64,000 nt of DNA from an uncultured Verrucomicrobiota bacterium (GTDB lineage Bacteria > Verrucomicrobiota > Kiritimatiellia > CAIVKH01), in the NCBI GenBank assembly GCA_937872895.1, contig CALMUP010000005.1, positions 1 through 64,000 on the forward strand, given 5' to 3'. Positions 9,809-18,579 of this stretch are shown here, in pieces. The notes below the pieces were generated by a model. The model did not search any database. It saw only the letters and a list, made by a program, of their open reading frames with translations, and had not been told where the DNA came from. Numbering within the stretch: the first letter of the stretch is position 1; every line of letters starts with the position of its first letter. The translations under genes were made by a program, and so were the position numbers.

Positions 9809-10636
9809 ATGCCCATCACCCGGCGACAATTCCTCCGCGGCGCATCCCTGGTTGGCGCAGCCGGCGCCATCCCCATGCTGCGCGGCCTGTCCGTGGAATT
9901 GAACACACGCGAACTCCCGCTCTGGAACGACGACGGCCCCGCCCTGCGGCTGGCCCACCTGACCGACCTCCATTCCTCGACCGTCATCTCCCTCGACCAC
10001 ATCCAATCCGCCATCGACCTCGCCCTCTCCGCCCGCCCCGACCTCGCCTGCTTCACCGGCGACTACGTCAACGGCGTCGCACCCGACCCCGACGGCCTCG
10101 TCCGCGTCCTGCGCCGCCTCGCCGACCACGTCCCGTGCTTCGCCTGCCTCGGCAACCACGACGGCGGCCGCTGGTCCGCCAACCGCGGCGGACCCGCCAC
10201 GCCGGACGCGGTGATCGACCTGCTCCGCGCCGCCGGCATCCACGTCCTCCACGACACCACCGAGGCAGTCACCCTCCACGATCGCCGCCTCCTGCTCACG
10301 GGCGTGGCCGACCTCTGGAGCAGCGATGTTGATCCGGCCCATGCCGGCTTCGCTCCCGACCCCGATCCCCGTATCGTGCTCGCCCACAACCCCGACACCA
10401 AGGACGCGCTGCGCCACCAACCGTGGCAGCTCATGCTCAGCGGCCACACCCACGGCGGCCAGATCCGCCTGCCGTTTTTCGGCGGACGCCTCACCGCACC
10501 CGTCAAGGACGACCGCTTCATCGAAGGCCTCCTCCCCTGGCACGACCGCCACCTTCACATCAGCCGCGGCATCGGCGCCCTCGGCGGCGTCCGCTTGAAC
10601 TGCCCACCCGAAATCAACCTGCTCACCCTCACCTGA
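9809..10636 (+). CDS. Tat-exported metallophosphoesterase (calcineurin-like)
   Basis: Twin-arginine motif TRRQFLRG; metallophosphoesterase motifs (LTDLH, GDYVN, GNHD, GHTHGG). Confidence 0.8.
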   Translation: MPITRRQFLRGASLVGAAGAIPMLRGLSVELNTRELPLWNDDGPALRLAHLTDLHSSTVISLDHIQSAIDLALSARPDLACFTGDYVNGVAPDPDGLVRVLRRLADHVPCFACLGNHDGGRWSANRGGPATPDAVIDLLRAAGIHVLHDTTEAVTLHDRRLLLTGVADLWSSDVDPAHAGFAPDPDPRIVLAHNPDTKDALRHQPWQLMLSGHTHGGQIRLPFFGGRLTAPVKDDRFIEGLLPWHDRHLHISRGIGALGGVRLNCPPEINLLTLT

Positions 10637-10783
10637 TCCACAACCACGCCCACCCGGATTACTTCCGCATCGGGAAATTGCCGCTTCCAGTCGCTTCGCG
10701 TGGTTCAAGATTCCCCCATCGCAACGGACACCCTATCGTGGCATCAGAAGCCATTCGGATCGTCCGTCCATCGGAGGTGTGCC

Positions 10784-11395
10784 ATGAAACGGATCGTCGC
10801 CCTGATCGTGTTCGCCCTGTCCGCACTGATGCCGGTATTCGCCGAAGTCAGCGTCACCAACGTTATCGTCACGCGGATGGACCTGCCGTTCGGCACCAAC
10901 AACTTCACCGTGCCCTCCGGCAAGATCTTCTACATCGAACAGGTGATCGTCGGCACGACCAACGCCCGCGTCTCGTTCTACCAGACGGTCAACATCTCGA
11001 GCTTCGTCGAAGTGGTATTCGCACGCGACCAACTCGTCACGTCGTTTTCACCCTCGCTGAAACTGACCTCGGGTCACCTGATCTTCGTCAGCACGGGCAC
11101 CGCCGTCCTGACCGGCCTGCTCGTCGACCCCGCCGACGTCTACGCCGCCATCCCGGCCACCATCAGCCCGATGTCCGTCGCGTCCGGCGGCGCGATCGCC
11201 GGCTCGGTGCAGCTCGACTCACCCCGTCCCGCGCTGGTCGAACTGCAAACCTCCGAGTCACTCGGCTCCTGGCAGGATGCTCCGGACATCGCCTTCGCCC
11301 GCGGCACCGCAACCGCGAGCTACGATTTCCTGACCTCCCGGCTCGAAGACCGTCTCTTCCTCCGCGCAACCGCCCGTGCCCGCCCACCTCGCTAA
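10784..11395 (+). CDS. Secreted hypothetical protein
   Basis: ATG 10784 with GGAGGTG RBS; signal peptide MKRIVALIVFALSALMPVFA; no recognised domain. Confidence 0.5.
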   Translation: MKRIVALIVFALSALMPVFAEVSVTNVIVTRMDLPFGTNNFTVPSGKIFYIEQVIVGTTNARVSFYQTVNISSFVEVVFARDQLVTSFSPSLKLTSGHLIFVSTGTAVLTGLLVDPADVYAAIPATISPMSVASGGAIAGSVQLDSPRPALVELQTSESLGSWQDAPDIAFARGTATASYDFLTSRLEDRLFLRATARARPPR

Positions 11396-11621
11396 CCCGA
11401 CCTATTTCGGACCACCACTCCCGAACAGAAATCAACCGATGATAACTAACCCGTTCCCAAAGAAGGGGTAACGCGATCATCACGTTTTTTCTTTATCAAA
11501 TTATCAATTTTACGCATATCCGGGTACTTTTACAACGGTAGGGCGCGGCGTGGGGCTGCGCGGGAATTTCACGGTCTGTTGGCGGGTACCCAGAATGGAT
11601 AGGGAAAATCAACGGAGGTTC

Positions 11622-14600
11622 ATGGTTTCCGGGGCGCGTACCGCCCTGTGCGGCATGGGCCTGATTCTGGCTTCCACCGTGTTGGCCTCGACCGACTTTG
11701 ATGGCGACGGCTACGACGATGTCTGGCAGCACCGGTACGGGGTGACCATCGCCGCCTTTCCGCCCGATGCCGATAACGACGGCGATGGCGTGAGCAACCG
11801 CGACGAGTCCCTCGCCGGCACCCACCCCGGTGATCCAACCGAAGCGTTGAAGGTGATGGATGCCACCCCCGCCGGCACCAACCTGACCCTCGAGGTCGCC
11901 GCCAAACCCGGTAAACGCTACCAGCTCCAATCCATCGCCCCCGGCGAACTCACGTGGACCGACGAGGAAGCGGTTATCTCCGGCGAAGGCGCCCTGGTCC
12001 CGTTGTCCGGCGCCCTGGCCGATCCCGCCCGCTTCTACCGCGCCACCACCCGCGACCAGGATTCCGACGGCGATGGCGTGTCCGACTACGCCGAGGCGAT
12101 CCTCGGCACCGACCCACACGCCGCCACCAGCCCGGACAATGCCTCCGGCGGCGCCGCCAACGACCTCGAAACCCTGCGCAGCCTGCTCTCCGTCACCGCC
12201 TCGGTCATCACCCCCGACGCCTACCGCAAAGAGGGCACCGCCGCAGTGATCCGCATCACCCGCACCTACGGCACCATGCCGCTGACCATCCCCTTCGTGA
12301 CCAGCGGATCCACCAACGCCACGAAAGGATCCGCCACGCCGTCCGACTTCGCCCTGGTCGGTGCCACCCTCTCGAACGTGGCCTTCGCCGCCAACGAATC
12401 AACCCGCGACCTCTTCGTGCATCCACAGCTCGCCACCGGCGCGAAGGTGCCGCGCACGTTGCGGCTGACCCTCCAACTGACCGGCGACCAGCCGGCGACC
12501 AACGCCCCGGTGGTCGCCGTGCAGATCAAGGACGCCACCGCCACGCCGCAGAACCGCCGCCTCTACGTCGCCTACCTCGGCCGCGAGGCCGGCGTACCCA
12601 CCACCGCGTCCGGTGTCGCCACCGCCCTCGTCGAGGGCGACAACGATTCCGCCGCCATCAACCTCACCTTCGCCAACCTGTCGTCCGTGCAGAACAACGC
12701 CTACATCCGCCTCGGCACCGGCCTCGACGTGCAGTTCATCCCGCTTGGCCAGGTGTCGGGCTTCACCTGGTTCATCCGCGCGAAGCAGTACCTGCTGACC
12801 GACCAGGCCATGCTCGACGCCCTCGCCGCCGGCGAACTGTTCGTCAGCGTATCCAGCGCGAACTTCCCCTCCGGCGAAATCCGCGGCACCTTCCAACTCG
12901 CCAACGGATCGATCGCCGATCCGCCCGCGCCCCCGGCCCCGCCACCCTACCTCGACCCGGCCTTCCCGAACCTCGCCGCCTCCGGCGTCACCAGCAATAC
13001 CGCCCTCGACCGCGACATTGCCCGCTTCCTGATGCAGGCCTCCTTCGGCCCGACCACCGAAAGCATGCAGGAGGTGCGCGACCTGATCGCCGCCCACAGC
13101 AACAACATGCTCGCCGGCTACGCGGCCTGGATCGACCGCCAGATGGACCTCGCCCAAACCCCCTCGCCCTCGCTGCGCAAGCTGGTGCAGGCCGCCGATA
13201 CCGAGGAGTACATCCTCCGCAACAACAAGCCCGTCACCTACAACAGCGACCCGCAGTTCGGCGGCAACTCGTTCCAGTTCTCCACCTCGAGCCGCCTGTG
13301 GAACCCCGACTCGATCCACCAGAACAACTATCCGTTCTCCAGCAACCTGCGCCGCGAATGGTGGACCCTCGTGCTGAACAGCCGCGACCAGCTCCGCCAG
13401 CGTTTGGCCATGGCCCTGCACGAGATCGTGGTGATCTCGACCGACAACTCGACCGTCGACGACTACCACTACGGCACCGCAGGCTACTGGGATATGCTGG
13501 CCACGAACGCCTTCGGCCCCTACCGGACCATCCTCGAGAAGGTCACCTACAACCCGCTGATGGGCGTGTACCTGAGCCACCTGAAGAACCAGAAGAAAAC
13601 CGGATCGATCAGCCCCGACGAGAATTTCGCCCGCGAGATCATCCAGTTGTTCTCCGTCGGCCTGATCCAGCGCCACCTCGACGGCAGCCTGAAGCTCGAG
13701 CCGCAGACCGCCCTGCCCATCGCCACCTACGACCAGAACGATGTCACCGAAATGGCCCGCGTCATGACCGGCCTGAGCTTCGGCTACGTGAACACCCCGG
13801 TGACCAACGCCCCCACCTACCCGACCCCGAGCACCCAGCGCATCGGCCCGGAAATCACCAACAACAACTTCTTCGCCAGCAACGGCCACCGCATCTGGCA
13901 AGCCCCCTGGACCAGCGACATGGCCCTGTTCGCCGCCTACCACGACTTCAACGAGTACACCGCCTACACCGGCCTCCCCCTGCCCACCGGCGTGGTCTCC
14001 GCCTCGAAAATCCTCTTCCGCGGCAAACCCGGCCAAACCATCATCCCGCTGCGCGCGACCAACGACGCCAACGGCCGCCTCGATATCGCCGACGCCCTCG
14101 ACGCCCTCGCCAACCACCCGAACACGCCCGTCTTCATCTCCCGTCTGCTCATCCAGCGCTTCACCACCGCGAACCCCAGCGCCGGCTACCTGCACCGCGT
14201 CGCCACCACCTACCAGCAATCCGGCGGCAACCTCGGCGAGACCGTGAAGGCCATCCTGCTCGACCACGAGGCCCGCAGCCTGGACATCGCCGACGGCATC
14301 GCCACCGCCGGCAAACCCAAGGAACCGCTCCTGCATTTCCTCGCCATGGTGCGCGGCCTGAAGTGCCTCACCGGCGCCCCGCTGTCCGCGCTGGCCACCA
14401 TGCCCGTCACCTTCACCGCGATCGAGTCGCCCCAAACCACCGCCTACGACCCGGCGGAATACGCGAAGTTCCCCACCAACAGTTGGCGCTTCCGCTGGTT
14501 CGATACCACCTCCGGCCTGACCCAGACCCCGCAGTCCGCGCCCTCCGTGTTCAACTGGTTCCTGCCCGACTTCATCGTGCCCGGCCCGCTGGCCGAAGCC

Positions 14601-15272
14601 GGCCTGGTCGCCCCCGAACTGCAGGTCGCCACCGAGGGCAACGTGGTGAACATCCTCAACTCCCACTACAACCTGCTGTTCACCTCCATCCCGCCCGGCA
14701 CCACCAACGAGCCGGGCATGAGCCTCGACGACTTCCGCTGCCTTGCCCAGTACCAGACCGCCGGCGGTTCCCAGTTGTCCGTCCCGCAGTACGCCGTCGA
14801 TGCCGGCTACTTCAGCGGCACCACCTTCGATGCCTCGCCCGGCGGCACCGGGGTGCCCAACACCATCGACAGCGAACGCGACAACGTGCGTCCGGATTTC
14901 ACCGAGCTGACCACGCTGTACTCGAACGTGTACATGCAGACCATGGCGGCGATCTATGCCCCCGGCGCGGTCCCGGCCTCGCCCATCAACACCAACCGCT
15001 TCGCCGCCCACACCGCCGCCGCCATCGCCGTGATCGACCAGTGCGACCTGCTGTTCGCCGCCGGCGCGCTGAAGGCGAAATTCGGCGACCTCCCCGCCAC
15101 CACCCCGAACCCGCGCCAGGCCATCATCGATGCGCTGCGCAGCGGCCGGATCGGCAGCACCACCTCCTTGCCCGCCGACACCAGCAACGGCTTTGAACGC
15201 AACGCCCAGACCCGCGTGAAGAACATCGCCTACCTGGTCATCACCTCACCACCGGCCATCATCCAGCGCTAA
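11622..15272 (+). CDS. DUF1800-domain protein with N-terminal Ca-binding (thrombospondin-type-3-like DxDxDG) repeats and a CHRD domain
   Basis: RBS GGAGG then ATG 11622; signal peptide; repeated D.D.DGDGV.D motifs; CHRD-like segment (..GE.RG.F); long C-terminal region matching DUF1800. It immediately precedes a DUF1501 gene, the canonical pairing. Confidence 0.8.
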   Translation: MVSGARTALCGMGLILASTVLASTDFDGDGYDDVWQHRYGVTIAAFPPDADNDGDGVSNRDESLAGTHPGDPTEALKVMDATPAGTNLTLEVAAKPGKRYQLQSIAPGELTWTDEEAVISGEGALVPLSGALADPARFYRATTRDQDSDGDGVSDYAEAILGTDPHAATSPDNASGGAANDLETLRSLLSVTASVITPDAYRKEGTAAVIRITRTYGTMPLTIPFVTSGSTNATKGSATPSDFALVGATLSNVAFAANESTRDLFVHPQLATGAKVPRTLRLTLQLTGDQPATNAPVVAVQIKDATATPQNRRLYVAYLGREAGVPTTASGVATALVEGDNDSAAINLTFANLSSVQNNAYIRLGTGLDVQFIPLGQVSGFTWFIRAKQYLLTDQAMLDALAAGELFVSVSSANFPSGEIRGTFQLANGSIADPPAPPAPPPYLDPAFPNLAASGVTSNTALDRDIARFLMQASFGPTTESMQEVRDLIAAHSNNMLAGYAAWIDRQMDLAQTPSPSLRKLVQAADTEEYILRNNKPVTYNSDPQFGGNSFQFSTSSRLWNPDSIHQNNYPFSSNLRREWWTLVLNSRDQLRQRLAMALHEIVVISTDNSTVDDYHYGTAGYWDMLATNAFGPYRTILEKVTYNPLMGVYLSHLKNQKKTGSISPDENFAREIIQLFSVGLIQRHLDGSLKLEPQTALPIATYDQNDVTEMARVMTGLSFGYVNTPVTNAPTYPTPSTQRIGPEITNNNFFASNGHRIWQAPWTSDMALFAAYHDFNEYTAYTGLPLPTGVVSASKILFRGKPGQTIIPLRATNDANGRLDIADALDALANHPNTPVFISRLLIQRFTTANPSAGYLHRVATTYQQSGGNLGETVKAILLDHEARSLDIADGIATAGKPKEPLLHFLAMVRGLKCLTGAPLSALATMPVTFTAIESPQTTAYDPAEYAKFPTNSWRFRWFDTTSGLTQTPQSAPSVFNWFLPDFIVPGPLAEAGLVAPELQVATEGNVVNILNSHYNLLFTSIPPGTTNEPGMSLDDFRCLAQYQTAGGSQLSVPQYAVDAGYFSGTTFDASPGGTGVPNTIDSERDNVRPDFTELTTLYSNVYMQTMAAIYAPGAVPASPINTNRFAAHTAAAIAVIDQCDLLFAAGALKAKFGDLPATTPNPRQAIIDALRSGRIGSTTSLPADTSNGFERNAQTRVKNIAYLVITSPPAIIQR

Positions 15273-15286
15273 CGGGGCCCCACCGC

Positions 15287-16948
15287 ATGCACCTGAACAT
15301 CAAGACCAAGACCACCCCGAGCCACATCACCCGGCGGCAATTCATGATCCGCGGCGGCTGCGGCCTGATGAGCCTGACCAGCCTGGTGAACATCCTCGCC
15401 CAGCTGAAACTGATGCAAGGCGTGGTGAACGCGCAGGGCGCGCCGACCGACGACTACCGCGCCCTGGTCTGCGTATTCCTCGCCGGCGGCAACGACTCGA
15501 ACAACCTGCTGATCCCCTTCTCCGGCACCGCCAACACCCACTACACCACCAACCGCGGCGCCCTCGCCATCCCCGTCTCCGGCCCGAACCCGCTGACCAA
15601 CCTCGCCAACACCCAGCTCATCACCAACCCCGCCCACATCACCGCGGCCGATCCGCTCGGCGGCTACCTCGGCACCTTCGCGGTGCATCCGCTGTGCGGT
15701 GCGATCCGCGACCTGTTCAACGCCGGCGAACTCGGCTTCGTGGCCAACGTCGGCACCCTCACCCAACCCGGTATCACCCGCGCGACCTACGCCAGCTCGT
15801 CGAAACCGCCGCAACTGTTCTCCCACGCCGACCAGGTGACCCAGTGGCAGAGCAGCGTGCCCGACCAGCCGTTCACCAGCGGCTGGGGCGGCCGCATCGC
15901 CGACCTGATCAACCCGACCGCCAACACCGCCAGCGCGGCCTCGATGTCGATCTCCATCGCCGGCGTGAACAGCTTCCAGGTCAGCCCCACCGGCGCGGTG
16001 AATCCCTATGTAATGCGGAGCAACGGACTGGTCAGCCTGAGCGGCTACGGCACGAACTACTCGGACGCGCTGTTCGATTCGACGGTGAATTTCCAGGACT
16101 CGAACTACCGCTCCACCGAACGCGGCCAGCGCCTGCGCGCGTTCGAGCACATCCTGCAGTTGAGCGACATCAACCTGATGGAGAACGCCTACAAGGGCAT
16201 CGTCACCAGCGCGCGCCTGACCGAGTCGGTCGTCGGCCAGGCCCTGCTCGCCACCGCCGCCGGGAACGGCACCACCCTCGACACGCACTTCAACAACGCC
16301 TTCGCCAACGCCGAGGCGGGCATCACCGCGAACAACGACTTCACCAACCAGATGAAGATGGTCGCGCGCCTGATCGCCGGTCGCTCCTCGCTCGGCAACC
16401 AACGCCAGATCTTCTTCGTCCAGCTCGGCGGATTCGACACCCACACCACCCAGATCCCCACCACCGGCAACCAGTACGCCGGCGGCCACACCGGCCTGAT
16501 GAACGTGTTGAGCCGCACCCTGAAGGCCTTCCGCGACTCGCTGCAGGCCCTCGGCGCCTGGAACAACGTGGTCACCTTCTCCGCGTCCGACTTCACCCGC
16601 ACCTTCACCGCGAACAAGCTCGACGCCAGCGCGGGCAGCGACCACGCGTGGGGCGGCCACACCTTCGTGATGGGCGGACCGGTGGCCGGCGGGCGCATCT
16701 ACGGGAAATTCCCGGTGCTGCTGCTCGGCAACGCCGCCGGCAGCATCGACGCCACCGGGTCCAGCGGTCGCTGGATCCCCAGCACCTCGGTCGACCAGTA
16801 CGCCGCCGTGCTCGCCCACTGGCTCGGGGTCAGCACCACCGACCTGCCGGAAATCTTCCCCAACCTCACGCGCTTCACCGCCGCGCCGTTCACCGACATC
16901 CTGCTGCCCAACCAGACGCCCAACCTCGGTTTCCTCAACACGCTGTAA
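15287..16948 (+). CDS. DUF1501-domain protein (sulfatase-like fold, Tat signal)
   Basis: Tat motif TRRQFMIRGG; DUF1501 features (..FLAGGNDS.N..IP, ..GGFDTH.., ..SDHAWGG..); 15 bp after the DUF1800 gene. Confidence 0.85.
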   Translation: MHLNIKTKTTPSHITRRQFMIRGGCGLMSLTSLVNILAQLKLMQGVVNAQGAPTDDYRALVCVFLAGGNDSNNLLIPFSGTANTHYTTNRGALAIPVSGPNPLTNLANTQLITNPAHITAADPLGGYLGTFAVHPLCGAIRDLFNAGELGFVANVGTLTQPGITRATYASSSKPPQLFSHADQVTQWQSSVPDQPFTSGWGGRIADLINPTANTASAASMSISIAGVNSFQVSPTGAVNPYVMRSNGLVSLSGYGTNYSDALFDSTVNFQDSNYRSTERGQRLRAFEHILQLSDINLMENAYKGIVTSARLTESVVGQALLATAAGNGTTLDTHFNNAFANAEAGITANNDFTNQMKMVARLIAGRSSLGNQRQIFFVQLGGFDTHTTQIPTTGNQYAGGHTGLMNVLSRTLKAFRDSLQALGAWNNVVTFSASDFTRTFTANKLDASAGSDHAWGGHTFVMGGPVAGGRIYGKFPVLLLGNAAGSIDATGSSGRWIPSTSVDQYAAVLAHWLGVSTTDLPEIFPNLTRFTAAPFTDILLPNQTPNLGFLNTL

Positions 16949-16958
16949 GCCGCACGGC

Positions 16959-17513
16959 ATGACCACACGCCGGACATGCGGAATGGTTCTATGGGCGGTG
17001 GCCGCCGCGGCACTGGTCGCATGGATGGTTCGTCCGGGCGAACCGGAGACACCTGCGCCGATGGTCCTCTCCCATCCGACACCCGACACCCCGCCGTCCC
17101 CGACCACCTCCGCGCCCATCGAACCACCACCGCCCGCTCCTGAACCGGTCATCGCGGACTTCGCCGCCGACCTCGAGCGGGCCGTGCTCGATGCCGAAAA
17201 CCCGGAGGCGCACCGGCAGGCGGTCGAGCAGGTCCTGTTCTTCTACCGCCGCGCCTTCGGGGAAAATCCGGTCGGTCAGAACGAGGACATCACCGCCGCC
17301 CTGCTCGGGGCCAACCCGCAACGCCTCGCCTTCCTGCCGCACGGCAGCGCCGCCATCGCCAACGGTCAACTTGTCGACCCGTGGGGCACGCCCTACTGGT
17401 TCCACTCGCTCAGCGGCCAGCAGATGGAAATCCGCAGCGCCGGCCCCGACCGTGAGCTCTTCACCCCCGACGATGTCGGCGAAGGCGGGGAGCCGGAGAA
17501 ACCGCGCGAGTAG
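16959..17513 (+). CDS. Membrane-anchored Pro-rich protein with pseudopilin (GspG)-like C-terminal motif
   Basis: N-terminal TM, PT-rich linker, C-terminal '..NGQLVDPWGTPYWFHSLSGQQMEIRSAGPDRELFTPDD' resembling the GspG/type IV pilin globular C-terminus, but no prepilin GFTLIE motif. 11 bp after the DUF1501 gene. Confidence 0.5.
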   Translation: MTTRRTCGMVLWAVAAAALVAWMVRPGEPETPAPMVLSHPTPDTPPSPTTSAPIEPPPPAPEPVIADFAADLERAVLDAENPEAHRQAVEQVLFFYRRAFGENPVGQNEDITAALLGANPQRLAFLPHGSAAIANGQLVDPWGTPYWFHSLSGQQMEIRSAGPDRELFTPDDVGEGGEPEKPRE

Positions 17514-17532
17514 TGCGGAAAAGAAATGATTC

Positions 17533-17568
17533 AACCACCCGCTTCGCGGGTGGTTGATTTCTTCTCCC
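17533..17568 (+). terminator. Rho-independent terminator
   Basis: Perfect hairpin CAACCACCCGC-TTCG-GCGGGTGGTTG followed by ATTTCTTCTCC. Confidence 0.75.
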
Positions 17569-17583
17569 AATTCCTGGAAACAC

Positions 17584-17610
17584 AAACCGGCCGGCTTTCC
17601 AAGGTCTGGA
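17584..17610. repeat. Partial (27 nt) copy of the groEL terminator/att sequence (copy A)
   Basis: aaaccggccggctttccaaggtctgga is identical to the starts of the 160-bp repeats at 18391 and 25763, then diverges; corresponds to half of the terminator hairpin (break in the loop). Confidence 0.8.
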
Positions 17611-17670
17611 CCGCCTCCTTGACACACGTACTATGGTCACACATACTATGTGGATACCTGGAGCTTTCTC

Positions 17671-17898
17671 ATGAAAAACGTGACCCTTGCCATGGACGAG
17701 GATTTGCTGGAGGCCGGACGGGCCTATGCCCGGGCCCACAACACCTCGCTGAACAACCTGATCCGGGAGTCCTTGCGCCGGACAGTGATCAAGGAAGCAC
17801 GCGCGACGTGGGCCGGCGAGTTCCTTGCCGTGGCCGACAAGGTAAAGGGCGACTCGCGCGGCAAGACCTGGAAACGGGAGGAGCTGTACCGTGGCTAA
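17671..17898 (+). CDS. Type II antitoxin (VapB-like)
   Basis: Small ORF (MKNVTLAMDEDLLEAGRAYARAHNTSLNNLIRESLRR) typical of antitoxins; overlaps the downstream PIN gene by 8 nt. ATG 17671 preferred over GTG 17650. Confidence 0.6.
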   Translation: MKNVTLAMDEDLLEAGRAYARAHNTSLNNLIRESLRRTVIKEARATWAGEFLAVADKVKGDSRGKTWKREELYRG

Positions 17899-18310
17899 GC
17901 GCGGCAAGGTGTTCATCGACACCAACCTGTTCATCTACGCGTTGGACCGGCGTGTTCCCGCCAAACGCAAGGCGGCCGCGAAGGCGTTGCGCGCGATCGA
18001 GGCGGAGGGCAACGGGGTGGTTTCCACCCAGGTGTTCCAGGAGGCGTACGTCGCGGGCACGACCAAGCTCGGTATCGCACCGCAGGACATGAAGCAGGCC
18101 ATCGTCTCCCTGCGCACGCTCGAAGTGGTGCAGGTGGATGTCGACCTGATCCAGGCCGCCATCGACTGCAGCATCCTGCAGCGGCTCTCCTTCTGGGATT
18201 CCCTGATCATCGTCGCCGCCGAAAAAGCCCGCTGCACCGAACTGTGGACCGAAGACCTCAACCACGGCCAACGCATCCAAGGCATCCGGATCCACAACCC
18301 GTTCATGTAG
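17891..18310 (+). CDS. vapC: PIN-domain toxin (VapC-like)
   Basis: PIN-domain residues (FIDTNLFIYALD ... TEDL..); overlaps the upstream antitoxin; GTG start. Confidence 0.8.
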   Translation: MAKRGKVFIDTNLFIYALDRRVPAKRKAAAKALRAIEAEGNGVVSTQVFQEAYVAGTTKLGIAPQDMKQAIVSLRTLEVVQVDVDLIQAAIDCSILQRLSFWDSLIIVAAEKARCTELWTEDLNHGQRIQGIRIHNPFM

Positions 18311-18380
18311 TTCACGGATCCGAGCGGCGGTGACGCGATGACCCGGTGACACTAGGGCGTCACGAAGTCATCGCGCCACC

Positions 18381-18428
18381 TCGATACAAAAAACCGGCCG
18401 GCTTTCCAAGGTCTGGAAAACCGGCCGG
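18381..18428 (-). terminator. Duplicated copy of the groEL intrinsic terminator
   Basis: On the minus strand: CCGGCCGGtTTTCCAgaccTTGGAAAgCCGGCCGG followed by TTTTTTT. Confidence 0.7.
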
Positions 18429-18550
18429 TGAATCAGAACGCGTTCGCGTCAGATCTTAGTACATGTCGCCCATGCCGCCGCCCGGTGGCATGGCGGGAGC
18501 TTCCTTCTTCTCGGGAATCTCGGTGATCATGCACTCGGTGGTCAGGAGCA
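18391..18550. repeat. 160-bp direct repeat, left copy (attL-like); terminator plus 3' end of groEL
   Basis: 100% identical by eye to 25763-25922. Confidence 0.9.
18456..18550 (-). pseudogene. Displaced groEL 3' fragment (last ~31 codons, ...[13 protein letters not shown])
   Basis: Identical to the real groEL 3' end at 25828-25922; lacks the rest of the gene. Confidence 0.85.
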
Positions 18551-18579
18551 AGACGAAACTCGACCCAACAAATTGAGCA

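Noticed and set aside
16959-17513. Integrase or recombinase for the groEL-site islands
   Set aside because: The only gene between the DUF1501 gene and the first att copy is a Pro-rich pseudopilin-like protein, not a recombinase. No integrase found anywhere in 16900-25800.
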